From NCBI RefSeq assembly GCF_009914755.1, contig NC_060932.1: 64,000 nt of DNA. The stretch is one strand, 5' to 3'. Origin of the DNA: the human T2T-CHM13v2.0 reference genome, Homo sapiens. Each line of letters opens with the position of its first letter. Positions within the stretch are counted from its first letter, which is position 1. The position numbers were made by a program, and so were the translations under genes. Below, in pieces: positions 31,036 through 48,639 of the stretch. The notes below the pieces were generated by a model. It saw only the letters and a program-made list of their open reading frames with translations. It had not been told where the DNA came from and did not search any database.

Positions 31036-31462
31036 CAAAATGCGTTGTATGCTTATTTTATTTGTACATACAATAAGTCGAGGTTTGCATAATGATTGTT
31101 AAAAGTGAGAGAAAAAATTGTAAAAAAAAATAAGTCATTGGTTTTGAACAATATGTTTCATTCCTGTTTAGTTGCTTGTGGTTGTCAAATCTACAAAAGT
31201 GCAAAACTTTAAAAAACCCTTGTTGAAATCTCTTGGAAAACATACAATCTTCCAGAAATTCCTCTGAGTTTTCCTTTAAGTTCGACAACAAATGGAAAGA
31301 AGTGGATTGTTGTCCTTCTACAAACGGTAACAAAGGTGGGGGTGTAAGTCTGTAGTTTGAAGAATTTCATTCTTATCAATTGTGTAGAACAAAGTTGAAA
31401 TAAGTTACATTAATTTCACGTAAATTAGTTTCCTGAGCTCTTTTAACGTCTTGAGTGATTTT

Positions 31463-35660
<4,198 letters not shown>

Positions 35661-36867
35661 TTGAGTGATTTTAGTAGTGGAATTCTGGCAAAAAATGCAC
35701 AAAGCATGGCTAATTTGGAGAAATCTCAAGTACAATGGAATTTTTAGACATCTCTTTTTAAAACAGTACTGGCCTGGAATATCTGAGGGGTTTCATTACA
35801 ATGTTCGGAACAGCTTCCTGGTAAAGGCAACAGCTCTGCTGCCCATGAAGTTGGAGAGAAAAATATGTAGAGCAGATAAGGTAAAAGACATCTTTCTTCT
35901 CAATTACAAAAGTTTGGTGACCAACTGCCTTGTTTTACTTTTTAAAATTTCGTTTTATTTTCCATTTTTATTTGGTTTGTAATACCATTTTCCTTGGGCT
36001 TATTACGGTAAATGTACAATACTTCTGGCTTCTTTGGAAAATAAAATGGAAAACCCTCAGTTTCTAGACAGGAAAGAAGGGCCAGCAGCATAAGGCTGAA
36101 GTGCTGTTGGCTCATTGTGGTGACTACAGACTGTGGGCACCCCGGCCACAGGTTCCAGCAGGGTACATCCTCTGGCTTCACACTCTTCCCTTCTCTACCA
36201 CCTCCTCCTCTCTCCCCACACTTCCGCAAACTGTGCAAGCTTCAAAGGAATCTCCTTGTAGCTGAGTGATTAAGCCTTGGAATCTTGACACTGGGATTAA
36301 ATTTGGATGTTCTGGAGAAGACTTTTGGACACATTCAGAAAAGAGCAGGCAGCAAACCCCAGCTGCATCTAGAACAGCTGCGTTGGGTGAGGGTTCCTGG
36401 GATGTTCTCTAATTGGTCTGTTTTACATGTTGTCACAGACTTGGAATCAGCAAAACATCCCCTTTAAAACAGATAGTCTTCTGGCTGCTATGCTGGTTCT
36501 TATATTAAAACTTTTTTGTATTGAAAAAACCCCTCTTTTTAAACAAGTAAAAGGCTATGTATTTTCTCAAGTGCTGCAAGCAAATAGCTAGGGTGTTGGG
36601 AATATAAAGCACAAAGAAGTCATGTTTATTATAAGAACTTTAAAAAAAGCAGGAGATGCTCTGAGGGCTGGTATTTTACCTTCCACCTCCCACCACTTCT
36701 CTCTTTCTCTTATAAAAAGGCTGCTATGGCGACCGACCTCCTGAGTATGGTTAAAAAAAAAAGATCCTTTTGCCTTATGTTCCAGTAGTTTTTGAACCTT
36801 TGGAATCTCACAAGAGGTGTCAAATTTAGCTGACTCAAGCTCTTCATCTGAATAGAAATAGAAACCT

Positions 36868-37128
<261 letters not shown>

Positions 37129-39465
37129 TAGAAATAGAAGCCTAGAGGGGAACTGAGGTGCTGCATGCTGGGGGTCCCCTCCCACAGGAAGGACCAGAGC
37201 AGGACAGCTTCAAGGATCTGCTGCAAAGCCCCGTGCTCCTCAGAGTCATGCTTTGTCTCAAGAGTGGAGTAGAAAGAGCTTTGTGTAGATATGCTTGTCT
37301 CATTTCGTAATAATAATACAACCCGAAATGAACTTTTTATTTAGTGACTGAATGCTTTAACCTATATTATTTTTTCCTTTTCCTCATCCCCTCTCTTACC
37401 AGCTGTCATTTATTCATTCAGTTCTTAATGTGTTCTATCCTGTGACTATTGGGATTAAGAAGGTCAATGAGATATAATTCCTATCTTCAAGGAATTTATC
37501 CTTAATGTAGTCACTTGAAAGTTCAGATATTATGCTTCTGACTTCTAATTCCAATGAGGTGATGAGACATTATTTGTATGCTATCCCTGGACCCATTCTG
37601 CACATGCAGATTGCTATGGTGTGGTAAATATAAGCTGCCTTTTGCAGGGGCTTTCGCTATGTACAGTTTTGTTCATTGCACTCTTGCTGGTCTTAAGAGT
37701 TTGCTCAGGAAGGCCCTTTGCTGTTTCCACTACTGGGTCTGGCATTTCTTGTTGTCACCAGAGCCATAGAAGGCATGCTGCTTTTCCTCAGAGTCTACCT
37801 TGTGGGCTGGGAGCCTGCACGTAAATGCAGGAAACCATTGTCCATGCCACAAAAGCTCCGGCACACTGGAGGAGCTGGTGCACAAACCTACCAGAGGCTA
37901 TGCATTCACAAGGAAGCCACCTGGCCTCAGAGGCGGTTAGTGAGGCTCTGGGTCCTAGGTGGGCTGGGGAAGTGCAGTGCCAGAGACAGTGCAGAACACA
38001 TGGCCGTTCCATGCCAGCAGGTCTTCCCAGAGGCCCAGTGGAGAGGAGTGGGAGTTCGTGCAGGACCCAGGAGGGCAGGGCTTTGTGATAGGCAGGTGCA
38101 GCCAGGAAAGCAGTGGCTCTCTGGGGCTCTGGGCTAGGGTTCCGTCCTCTGTACCAGAGCTGCCTCTGGAGCTGCCCTAAAGCCAGTCTCAAAGAATGGC
38201 TGCGGCTGTGAGGTGGTCTAAGTGAGTCTAATAGTGGGAAGACAGCCAGTCCCTTAGAGGTACCTCTGAGATGCTAGGAAAATTGCCCTTGGAATCTGAC
38301 ACATGCCCCTGTACCCAGAAGGAAGAAACAACTCTTGCTTTTGTTTTTAAGAGCATCTATCTCCCTGCTGACCTGAGCATGCTTCACTGCATCTGCGCAG
38401 AGGCCAAGAAAACCCCAAATAAGAAAGTCCCTGTAGCTGTGCTAGCCTGGGAAGTCAGGCACTGGGCTGGGCTCAGTGTTGCCTGCGGCAGGCAGCTTAT
38501 CAGCTCACAGCCAGAGCTTGGGACTCTTCATCCATTGCCCTACACAGGTCTGATTTTAGTAGAAATTTGCTCTTTAAGACAGAGGCATTCTTATGATTAT
38601 GCAGAATATAAAACTGCCTTTCAGGCAGCAGATAGGACCTTTTGCTTCTCGCAGCATCGGAAATCCCATCTCTAGAAACTTCTTCCTCTTACGAGTAGGG
38701 CGAACATAGAAAAGTCTCTGCAAGTCTTGTCAGAGGAGAGAGAATCAGAGGCTGATGTCAGAGTGGCTGTGACTGGGAAGGGCTCTGAGGGTGGGGAGGA
38801 GAGGCACTGGGTACCCAGGACCCAGTGTGCCCATCGCATGCTCCTATGGGTGACACACATCAACGACTGCTCAGAACAACCCAGGAGTTGCTGGAACTCA
38901 CATCATCAGCATGGCAGCACCAATGAGTGAGGGCTTCCTGATCTCCTTACTGTGGCCTGGGCCTCAGGCCATGAGTACTTCGGATGATTTCAGTGGGATC
39001 CTCCTCATTGCCCAGCATGAGAACTGGCTGCAAACTGGAAGGCACCCTGAGTAAGACAGGCGCACCCTTCCTGCACAAGTGGGTCAGCTCTCGAATCCTA
39101 TAACATGGCTCAGGGTGCTGTGAGAAGTGGGCATGGTGGGGGTACTGAGGAGCATGGCCCTGTTTCTGCTGCCCCTGGGAATCTCTGGGCAGCCAAAGAG
39201 GGGCTGTGTTGGGCTTCCCGTGTGCCCAGAACTGGCCTGCACAATGACCGGGGCACAATTACAGATAATTCTGCCCCTTTCCAACCAATTTGGATGTTCC
39301 ATTATGAGTCTTTAGAGTTGGACCAGGCTACACCAAGTATCATTTTGTTTTCCTGACCTAGTTTAATGGTTTTTTTTTTTTTTTAAATAAGAAACTGAAT
39401 TTGTAGCTCTTTTCACCCTAAAATGATTGCACATTGAGCTGAGCTGGAAGAGAGACTTCTGGTTC

Positions 39466-39744
39466 TTTTTTTTTTTTTGGAGGCAGGGTCTCACTCTGTT
39501 GCCCAGGTTGGAGTGTAGCAGTATGATTGCCCCAATCACCCTGGACTCAAGTGATCCTCCTACCTCAGCCTCCAAAGTAGCTGATGGGTGTGCACCATCA
39601 CACTTGGCTAATTTTTCTTATTTTTTGTAGAGATGGGGTTTTGCCATGTTACCAGGCTGGTCTCAAACTCCTGGGCTCAAGTGGTCCTCCTGCGTCGGCC
39701 TCCCAACATGCTGGGATTATAGGCGGGAGCCACTGTGCCTGGTC
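39466..39744 (-). mobile_element. AluJ
   Basis: Reverse Alu with J-type features; TSD ACTTCT(G/A)GTTCTT. Confidence 0.92.
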
Positions 39745-41346
39745 ACTTCTAGTTCTTACTTGCTTCATTTTGCAGAGGAGCTCTGTGCTGCCGTGGCCAA
39801 AGCACAGGCTTTGGAGGCCTGGAGTCCTGGGGTTCTAATTCTCAGCTCCTAACTGTGCGAGGGATGCAAGCTTTCAAAGTCTGAGTTTCTTCCTTTCTAG
39901 AAAGGGAAGTACTCCAGGTTGCTGGAAGGATGCTGTGAAGTGGCAGCGTGGGGACATGGTGCTGTTCTCTATCATCTGTTGCCTGCCTCAGCTAATGCCT
40001 GTCTGTGCATGGAGTGATAAGAGCGAGCCCAGGTGGAGCGAGGGCCTTCCATGCCAGGGTGAGCGGCCAGCCCTCCGACTCTGGGCTATGTTCCCTGGGC
40101 TGTGTGCTGCATTCACACATCACACCACTGTGGTCACGCCCCCAGCTCCCAATGCTGCCGTCACACAAGTCAACCAAGGACGCAAGTCCTATCCTCTTTT
40201 CAATACACAGAAGAAGAAAACAAGCTTTGAAAAACTATGAAACCTGACATGGTTTGAAGCTAGGCTGTGCCATTCCTGTGAGACCTGGGGAATGCCCTCA
40301 ATCCCTCTCAATTTCGTTTCCCTCACCTGTGGAATGGGGATGACAATAGAGGCTGGCCCATGAGATGCCCGGTGGGAGGAAACCAATGCCCAGCCAGCAC
40401 TCCCAACCAGCAGGCACTGAGGATTCTGGCCGGGTCCTTGTCACCACAGGGGTGGTGCTGTGAGAATTCGAGGTCACTGTCTTTTTCTATCTGAGTGCTG
40501 GGACTCCGCAAACAGGCATGGCCTATAATAGACAGTCACTTTGGAGGTGCTTTGCTCCATGTCCCTCTCCCTGCTCCTCCATGAGGCAGGAACCTCATCT
40601 GCTTACTTTTCTTTCTTGGTTCCTGGTTCTCGACGCAGGTACATGGTAGGAGCTAAATACTCGTTGAAGAAATGAATGTAGAGGGATAATGCATTCTTGT
40701 GACCTTTCTGTATCATCTCCTCCTGGGAGGGTTGAAAGAGCATCAGCTCCAGATGTGGCCTTGGGTTTAAATCACATGGGCTCCCTGGCCATCCTTGGTG
40801 GCTCAGAGCTGGCCACTGACCCCTTGGGCCTGGTGTCCTCAGGTGTGAGTATAGGATTCGTGACCACACCTGTCTCACAAGGTGGTTCTAACCATCCAGG
40901 GAAGAAGTGGAGGATGCATTTCAGCAATCTTCCTTTCTTATAAAGACACCCAGTGGGAATCTAACTAGCATTATTCATTTTATTATGATTTTAATACCTT
41001 TTCCAAAGAGAGGAATTCTTGTTTTTCATTGGCTGCATCTGTGTAAACATATGTGTTGGACATAAATGCACTAAAATTAAAGTTAAATCCAATTTCTAAA
41101 AACTTACAAAAACTAAATTATGCCAGTTCCCCAATCTGCCTTTCTATTTCAGTCTTCAGAAGCTGATACTTTGGCTCAGTAAAGCCAGGATTGTGTGCTC
41201 ACTAAGGTGTCTTTAGGGTGGCTATCTCACAGAGCCCGAGGCTCCCCTGCACTGCTGCTGGCTGGCTTCTATTTTTTTTCTTTGCAACTTATTTGCTAGA
41301 CTAATTCTAATTGCACCTTGCTTTGAATCTTAGAGACAAAGAATGG

Positions 41347-41654
41347 GGCCAGGTTCAGTGTCTCACACCTGCAATCCCAGTACTTTGGGAGACCAAGGCA
41401 GATGGATCACCTGAGGCCAGAAGTTCGAGACCAGCCTGGCCAACATGGTGAAACTCCATCTCTACTAAAAATACAAAAATTAGCTGGGTGTGGTGGTGGG
41501 CCCCTGTAGTTCTAGCTACTCAGGAGGTCTGAGGCAGGAGAATTTTTTTTAACTTGGGAGGCGGAGGTTTCAAGAGCTGAGATCGCACCACTGCACTCCA
41601 GCGTGGGCAACAAAGTGAGACTCTTTCTCAAAAAACAAACAAACAAACAAACAA
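41347..41654 (+). mobile_element. AluS (Sx-like) with (CAAA)n tail
   Basis: GGATCACCTGAGGCCAGAAGTTCGAGACCAGCC; dimeric structure. Confidence 0.95.
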
Positions 41655-42059
41655 CTGGATGAGAATCCCTTACCCAATAATAGGTATCAGCCAATGCTTA
41701 GGAATTTTCTCGAAAGACAGTTGTCTCCAGGAAGTACCTTCTCTTAATTCCAGGACCCCAAGAAGGTCGCCCCAGAACACCTGCCATTACTGGGGCTTCC
41801 TCTTCCACCTTGTTAGAAACGGGTTTATTCCATCCTACTTCATGGCAAAGTGGATATCACCAGTGCTGAGAAGGAATGCTCCAAGCTGCATGCGGCAGCT
41901 TTGAAAGCAGTCATGTCCATCCTCTTTTCTCTATCTACAAACTGAAGCCGATGGCCTCTGGTACACAGCTCGGAGGCCAAGGCTAACAAAAAAGTTTGTG
42001 AAAAAATATTCCAACCTTGCTGCTGGTGGAAACAAGGAGTGTATACCCAGGAAGCAGGT

Positions 42060-43300
42060 TCCCTATGGCGTTCCTCCACGGGACTCTCCCTGGGAGCCTC
42101 GTCCGGGAGGTCAGGGCGCCCTAGTCAGTGGGAGGTCGGCCAAGCCACCAGGCCTGCCCGCAACAAAGCTCCGACGGCCAGGCCTCAGATTTGACCTGTT
42201 TTGCTCCCTCAGTTACACCGCCTGCCTCATCGCCAAGTAAGGCCCCCTGCCACCATCACGGCCAGGTGGCGGCGAGGGGCATCAGAGAGCAGCTGTGCGC
42301 CTTATGCACACCTGTGCAGAAGGAAGAACCTTAGCTCACTGCAGCGCCACGCCGGGGACGGCCACCCCTGCCTTCGGTCCCATCAGGGCTCCTCCACCAG
42401 CCGTTCCCCTGCCTTGAGTCCGGGGGCACATCCCCAGCCCTGCCTTTCCCGGCCACAGGTCAGGTCGGCGGACAATATACGTCCTGTCCCCCTCCGCTTC
42501 ACGCACTGCTCTGCCTTCCCCTGCCCGGGTGTGACCCCTCTCCCCCTCCCCCTCAACTACTCGGAGGCCCAGGACAAGTCTGCCACTCCCACCTCTCCCT
42601 GCCTGAGTCCCGGGGCACGTCCCCGGCACACCATCCCCTCTCTTGGGTGAGAGTCTCCGGGTGACTCCCCGCAGCTCCCCCTGCTCTCACCTCCACCGGC
42701 CTCCCCCCGCCGTGGTTCCCGCGGTGCGCCCTCCCCAAGTCCCTTCCTCCCACTGCCCTGGGTCCCAGAGCACATCCGCCGGCGGCCCCCACATCCCTCT
42801 GCCTGGAGTCCCGGTCCCCGCGCACCCCCGCCCCCGCCCTGCCTTCACCTGCCGCAGGCCGCCCGCCAGCCCCGCTGACCGCCGCCCCCGCGCTTCGCTG
42901 GCGCCAGCCTCTCGATGGGTCTTGCACTTTGATTATTTGTGTTAGCAGTTAATTTAGCACCGTGGCCACGTGTGCCAAAGCTGCCTCCACTTCCTCCGGG
43001 CTCCCAACAAACGGCACTTTTATGAGATCCTTTCAAAGCGGCTCCCAGGCTGTCTCCCGCCTCCTGGTCCCCGCCTCTCGGTGCAGACTCCATTTCTCTG
43101 CCCTCCGCCCTCCACCGGGGCGCCCCCTCTGCACAGGCCTTATGGCAGCTGCGATCTTTCCTGCCGTTGCAGGAAAGGAGCTATTTCTGGCAACTCTGTC
43201 CCTCCACCCAGGGCACTCAGCCTGATCTAATGGAGATTTACCGAGCAGGTCCCTGCACTCCCCAGGGCACTCTCCTGCGCGCAGAGGCCTCGTGGGCCCT
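42060..43300. promoter_or_regulatory. CpG island 2 (no associated coding exon)
   Basis: Dense CpG, strongly C-rich + strand, GC boxes (CCCCGCCCCCGCCC), and an embedded AT-richer motif block at 42925-43040. Confidence 0.85.
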
Positions 43301-44379
43301 GGGTCAGAAAATTTCAGAGTCTGGGGTCCTAGCAGATGGCTGACTGCTATGGCACCCTTGGCAGGCTTTATTGTGATTATTTTGCAGAATATTTCTGATC
43401 CCTTTCACCTCTTCTGTTAACATCCCACTCACCTCCCAGGTCTAACTTTCCTCTGCCTCTTCCCTCGCAGAGTTCTGTGCTAACACTGCCTGGGTGTCTC
43501 CAAGCCTGTGTTTTGGTCTAAATCCCTTCATACCCAGTGCTTCTTCCTAGCTGAGATGAGATATTCCGCACCTCAGAGAACTAGGTTGCTTCTCCAAATA
43601 ATTCCAAAGAGGAGGTCCTTGAGATTCATCTGAGTTTTCTAAGCTCAGGCTCTTTTTCTCTTTCAGATAACCTGATTTCCCCTCTCCTTAGATTTCTAAT
43701 ATGAGTGATATTCCAGAATAATAATACTCTGTAGGCTTTTACTTATGAAGAGAACTCTAGTCATGTTTGCAATAAACACCCCTATGCTCATGGAGCTAGT
43801 GTGGGGAGGGACTTTGCAAGCCCAGCGCTGCTTGAGAGGGCTCAGGAAGGGCTTCCTAAGTGCTCAAGCAGGGGGCCCTGGTGCTAGCTGGCAGGCACAC
43901 AGTGGACAGCTGGTCTTTTCTGGCCTAAAGGATCACAGTGAGCCTGGGCCGATTTTAGCATAAGCTGGGGGCTCCAATCTGCTTCACTGTCAGCGCAGAG
44001 TGTCTCAGCCCTGGATGAGGCCCAAATCCCTACACATTTGGAACCTCACCTCATTCTTGCATGGCTGGAGGCTGGGCCCCTCCCATTGTCAGGGAAGATC
44101 TGCCTGCACTGTGACAGCCCCTCAGTGGTGACCTGTGCTCTGTGTTGGGCCTGGCTGTGCACAGAACCCAGCTGACACGCTTTCTCTCTACTCCACCGGT
44201 GCACTCAAATGGAATGCCTCACCATAGGATTCGTACACAGTCATCTACCCTTTGGCAAAAAGTCCTAATTCCCTCAAAATGAATGTGTTTTGGCTGACCC
44301 CAACTCTTGAAGAGAGACAGGGGAGTGTGTTTGTGTATGGAAATGTACATGTGTGATATCTGACTAGGGAAAATGAAAG

Positions 44380-45850
44380 TGATCTTCAGTATTCACAATT
44401 CTAAAACTACTTCTGTGAAGGTCACAGTGACCTCCAATCTGCCGAATTCAGTGTCCAAGTCCTCATCATCTCTGTAAGTTCTCTGGACTATTGGACACAG
44501 TTGCTCAGTTAGGCTCTCTCTGAAACTCTTTGACCTCAGCGGTTGTGAAGCCCCTCCTTTCCCCACCCACACCTCCCAGCTGTGTAGGGGTGTAGGCACG
44601 CACTCCCACAACTGCCTTTGTGCAGATGACTCTTAAAGCTAAACTTTCAGTGCTAAATACCAGGCTCCTATTTCTAACTAAATCAGACATTTATGAGGGC
44701 TTGGAATGTCATCTTAAGGCAACATGTTCACTTATTTTTTTGTTCAAAAAACGTTGAGTGCCTAGACATCTGTGTTCTTGATGTTAGGGACACAGCAGTG
44801 AAAAAAGCAGCGAACAGTGAAGTTCCTGCTCTGATAGGGCTGGAGTCCTCTGGAGGCAGGGTTTCAGCTGACCCCCAGCACAACCAGGCCTCTTGATGCC
44901 TGGGAGCAAACGCTTGAAGTCAATTTAATTTCCCCTTCATTTTTATTTCTCATGTCTGATCGAGCCGTATTGGTACTTCCTGTACAGTTTCTTTCCAATC
45001 CATCTTTGCTTCTCATTCTCCTTCAACACGCACTGCTGGAATCGGGCTTCTGAATTCCTGGTTCTAGTTCCTTCAGACCTTCCCTCTTCCTCACAACTTT
45101 CATCCATTTCCCCCCAGCTGTGAGATTACTTTTCAAAAAGTAAAGCTCTGATCTGTTCATTTATTCATTGTGCACACATGGGTGGGTACGTCCTATGTGC
45201 AGGGCAGTGGGCTAAGTGCTGAGGTGACAGAGAAGAAAAGAGACCCTGACAGATGTCCCAGTTTACTTGAGAGGAAATGCGCCAAAAGCTAAAGTAAAAT
45301 ACAGTAGGAGCTCTGCTGAGATAGAAATAAGATTCCCTGCCATGTATGAGATTAAACATTCTTTAAAACCTGATACCCAAGGCTCCCCACCACCTGGACC
45401 AGACTTAGCTTGCTAACAGGTCTTCCTTTACCCAGCTTCCTGTCCACCGGCCACGCCACCTCTTCCCGAGCGTGCCCCACCTTTCCTGCCATTCTCTTGT
45501 TGCCTCTGCCCTTCTCTTTGTCTATAATGCCCTCCCCTTACCCTCGCTACCAATTAAAATTCTATGAATCCTCTGAAACCAAGCTTATATTCCACGTTTT
45601 CCAAGCAGCTTTCACTCAGATTTCCCCAACTGAAAGTCTTATCTGTTTCCCAAACTCTTGTAGCATTTCATTTGGATCTCTTCCATGATACAGCTAGAGA
45701 CTAATATTAAAGTTATTTGCATTCTGTGCTACACGATAAGGTCCCTAAGTGCAGAGCCTTTCTTCTTTATCTTGTTATTCTCTGCTGTAACTACATAGCA
45801 CATCAGCACACAGAGGCAAGCAGTGAATGCTTTCAAGCGAATGGCTAAAT
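44380..45850. mobile_element. Cluster of L2 fragments (mixed orientation)
   Basis: L2-like segments, e.g. GGTCACAGTGACCTCCAATCTGCCGAATTCAGTG, TTCATTTATTCATT...GTCCTATGTGCAGGGCAGTGGGCTAAGTGCTG, and CACAGAGGCAAGCAGTGAATG. Boundaries approximate. Confidence 0.6.
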
Positions 45851-45969
45851 GAGCTCATGGAAGAAGTCAGCTTTGTTGGGGCTTTATCAGGGAGAGTTAT
45901 ATCCAGGGTTGTTGATGTGATGGCGAAGGGCCTTTCTTCAAAAGAGAGAGAGATTATAAAGGTATAACC

Positions 45970-46307
45970 CAGGGGTCCCCAACCCCCAGGCCATAGATTG
46001 ATGCCGGTTCATGACTTGTTAGGAACCTGGCCACACAGCAGGAGGTGAGCAGCGGGCCAGCAAGCCTCACCACCTGAGCTCTGTCTCCTGTCAGATCAGC
46101 AGTGGCATTAGATTCTCATAAGAGTGCGAACCCCATTGTAAATAAACTGTGAATGCGAGGGATCTAGGTTGCACACTTCTTATGAGAAAGATGATCTGAG
46201 GTGGAACAGTTTCATCGTGAAACCATCCCACCCACTGTCCGTGGAAAAATTGTCAAATTGTTTTCCTTGAAAACAGTCCCTGGTGCCCAAAAGGTCGGGG
46301 ACTGTCG
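45970..46307 (+). mobile_element. hAT-Charlie MITE MER1B
   Basis: CAGGGGTCCCCAACCCCCAGGCC...GTCAGATCAGCAGTGGCATTAGATTCTCATA...AAAAGGTCGGGGACTGTCG; 8-bp hAT-type TSD GTATAA(C/T)C at 45962-45969 and 46308-46315. Confidence 0.93.
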
Positions 46308-48639
46308 GTATAATCCACTGAGAAAGGAGACAGCAACATTATGGTCAGTATAGAGGGCCTCTGAGTTGGAGAGGCTGGAACCTTCAGCTGAGTGTAAGAT
46401 TTCAAATATGATTGTATCTGGGACACCTAGAAAGAAAAATAGTTTATTTGAGGTGAGCTAAAAGAAATGGTTTCACCTGTGTGTCACAGCGAACCTAGAA
46501 TAAGCTAGCCCACAAGAGCAGTAACCCCTGGAGTTGGGCCTTCTATAGCGGAGGGAAGTCAGGGATGGAGGCCAAGTTGGGCTGATTTTCCTGCTGCTGC
46601 TAAAAGGAAGCCAATTAATGGGAGAAGACTTGAGCACAATCCCCCACCTAGGTCTACTTATAAGCCAAAATCTGGCTTCACTCTTACTAGACTTAATTTG
46701 ATTGGAAAAATCTATATCTAAAACAATTTCACAATCCCAGATCACCGGGGACTAAAGGGACTAAAGGGAAGTAATTACTAGAAGCTTCTAGAAGTTAGCT
46801 TGATTCTTTTAACCAGTTCACTGAATAATGCAAATTCTTTTACAGTCTCTGCTGTATGTGATTTGTACCCTGAATTTTCCTCATGTTCGTGGAGAGAGAG
46901 TTAGGTGGTGAAAGGCGGGGACCCAGGGGTGCAGTTTTTGGTGAAAGAGTCGTGGAGCCTGACTTTCCAAAGGGTGCAGATCACGGCTCCTGCAGCAGCA
47001 GAGCTGGCCTCACACTGTGGATAAGGAAAACAAGTCCTCAGCAGCTCAGCAGCGGCACAGCTAGTCCTCATTGCTCATTATACTAAATGAGGAGCAGCAG
47101 TTGCCAGGTGGACCTTTCAGGATGCTCTGGTTGGAAGTAGCTGGAAGCCTACCTCCCACTGGCTTAAGTGGTAAAGGTAGGTGTTACATCTTTGAAAGTC
47201 CAAAGGGAAGGCAGGCTGCAGGATGGTGGCAGCCTCTACAGGCTCTACAGGCAGCAGATCCAGCAGCCAGTGGAGCCTGGTCCACCTGCCTGGTCCAGGC
47301 CCATCCTTGGACTGGTCACAGTCCTTAGGGGATGTTGAGGCTGATGGCTGCAGGCAGAGTTCCAGAACCATTACTGACAAGAGAGACAAAGATGCCACAC
47401 TTGACTGAGACAAATAGGGCTCACTCCTGGATTTCCTCAAGGTATGAGGGCTGCCTGGGGGGTTTCCTGCAAAAGGGGTAGGAGGAAGGAGGAGGGATTC
47501 CTGGGAGGCCCGAGAGAATGGCACGGAAAGTGGAATGTGGTTCCTCATGGGTCCTCAGCCAGATCACACTTGGGAGTCACAGGCATTCAACAATTTACCA
47601 AATAAGTTGGTCAAGTTTTAGGAACTTTAAAGACAGGTATTTTACTTTCTAAGCACCGCCTATGGATTTTTAGGCTGTCCTCATGTCCTAGGTGGGCCTG
47701 GCTGGTCATTTCTGCTGCCCACCCGCCATTCCCCATCTCTGGCCTCAGTACCTGCTCTCTCAGTCTGGGTGTTCTGTTTGCTTTTCTCTTTTTCCCTCAG
47801 CCTTTTCTCTTGCACAGATACATGTACCTGGCACACGAAATAGCATTCAGTTCTGAGTTGAAGCAGATAGAAAAATTGGAGAGGTGCATGAAAACCTTTT
47901 CCATTCTGATTCTTTTTAGTAATAGCTGCCCTTTCCTGAGCAACCACTGATGCTAGGCACCATACATAACATCATCCAGCAGCTGGCAACAGCCCCACCA
48001 AGGGCCCATTAAGTGACCTGCCTAAAATCCTGTAGCTCGTAAGCTGTCAGGGTTCTGGCTTCAAACCTCACGCTTGTATCTTTTATAACCTTCTGCCAAA
48101 GTCTGTCTCATCAAAGGAAATTTAATATCACATAGCTTTTCACCAGCAGCATAGGTGGCTGAATAAAGAAGGTCAGTGTTTATAATCCACCCGAGAGGCC
48201 GTGGTGTTTCCTCATTGAGCCCCATCATACATTTACTGCAGTTTCTCCTGGAACAGTGCACTCTGTACAGTGGGAGGATTTGGCTACATTCCTCACTGGC
48301 ACAGATTTGGATAGACCAGGGGGCCAACTCTCCCTTTAACACATTTCTATACATGGTTAGACATATGATAACCTGGTTACATGCCAGCTTCTCCAGGAAG
48401 GGGCACCCTATGTCCTGACGCCACCATCATGGAAGGCTCACAGTGGGAAGGCCTTCATGTCTAATGAGTAAAACAGGAAAGACACAGACAAGGACTGCCT
48501 GGGGCAGTGGCAGAACCTTTTCAGGGCCTGTGATTTATAACCAAGACTGTAGCGCATGCTGACGTTGCATATGCTGTGCATGGACACTGCCCGGCCGAGA
48601 GCTTTGCCTTTGAAAAGATGACATGTCCGGGTGTGTGAG

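Noticed and set aside
42255-42275. CTCF-like CGGCCAGGTGGCGGC
   Set aside because: Mismatch at a conserved core C; not supportable without ChIP data.
42201-43230. Several 70-150 aa ORFs in CpG island 2
   Set aside because: Low-complexity GC-driven ORFs on both strands with no recognisable homology.
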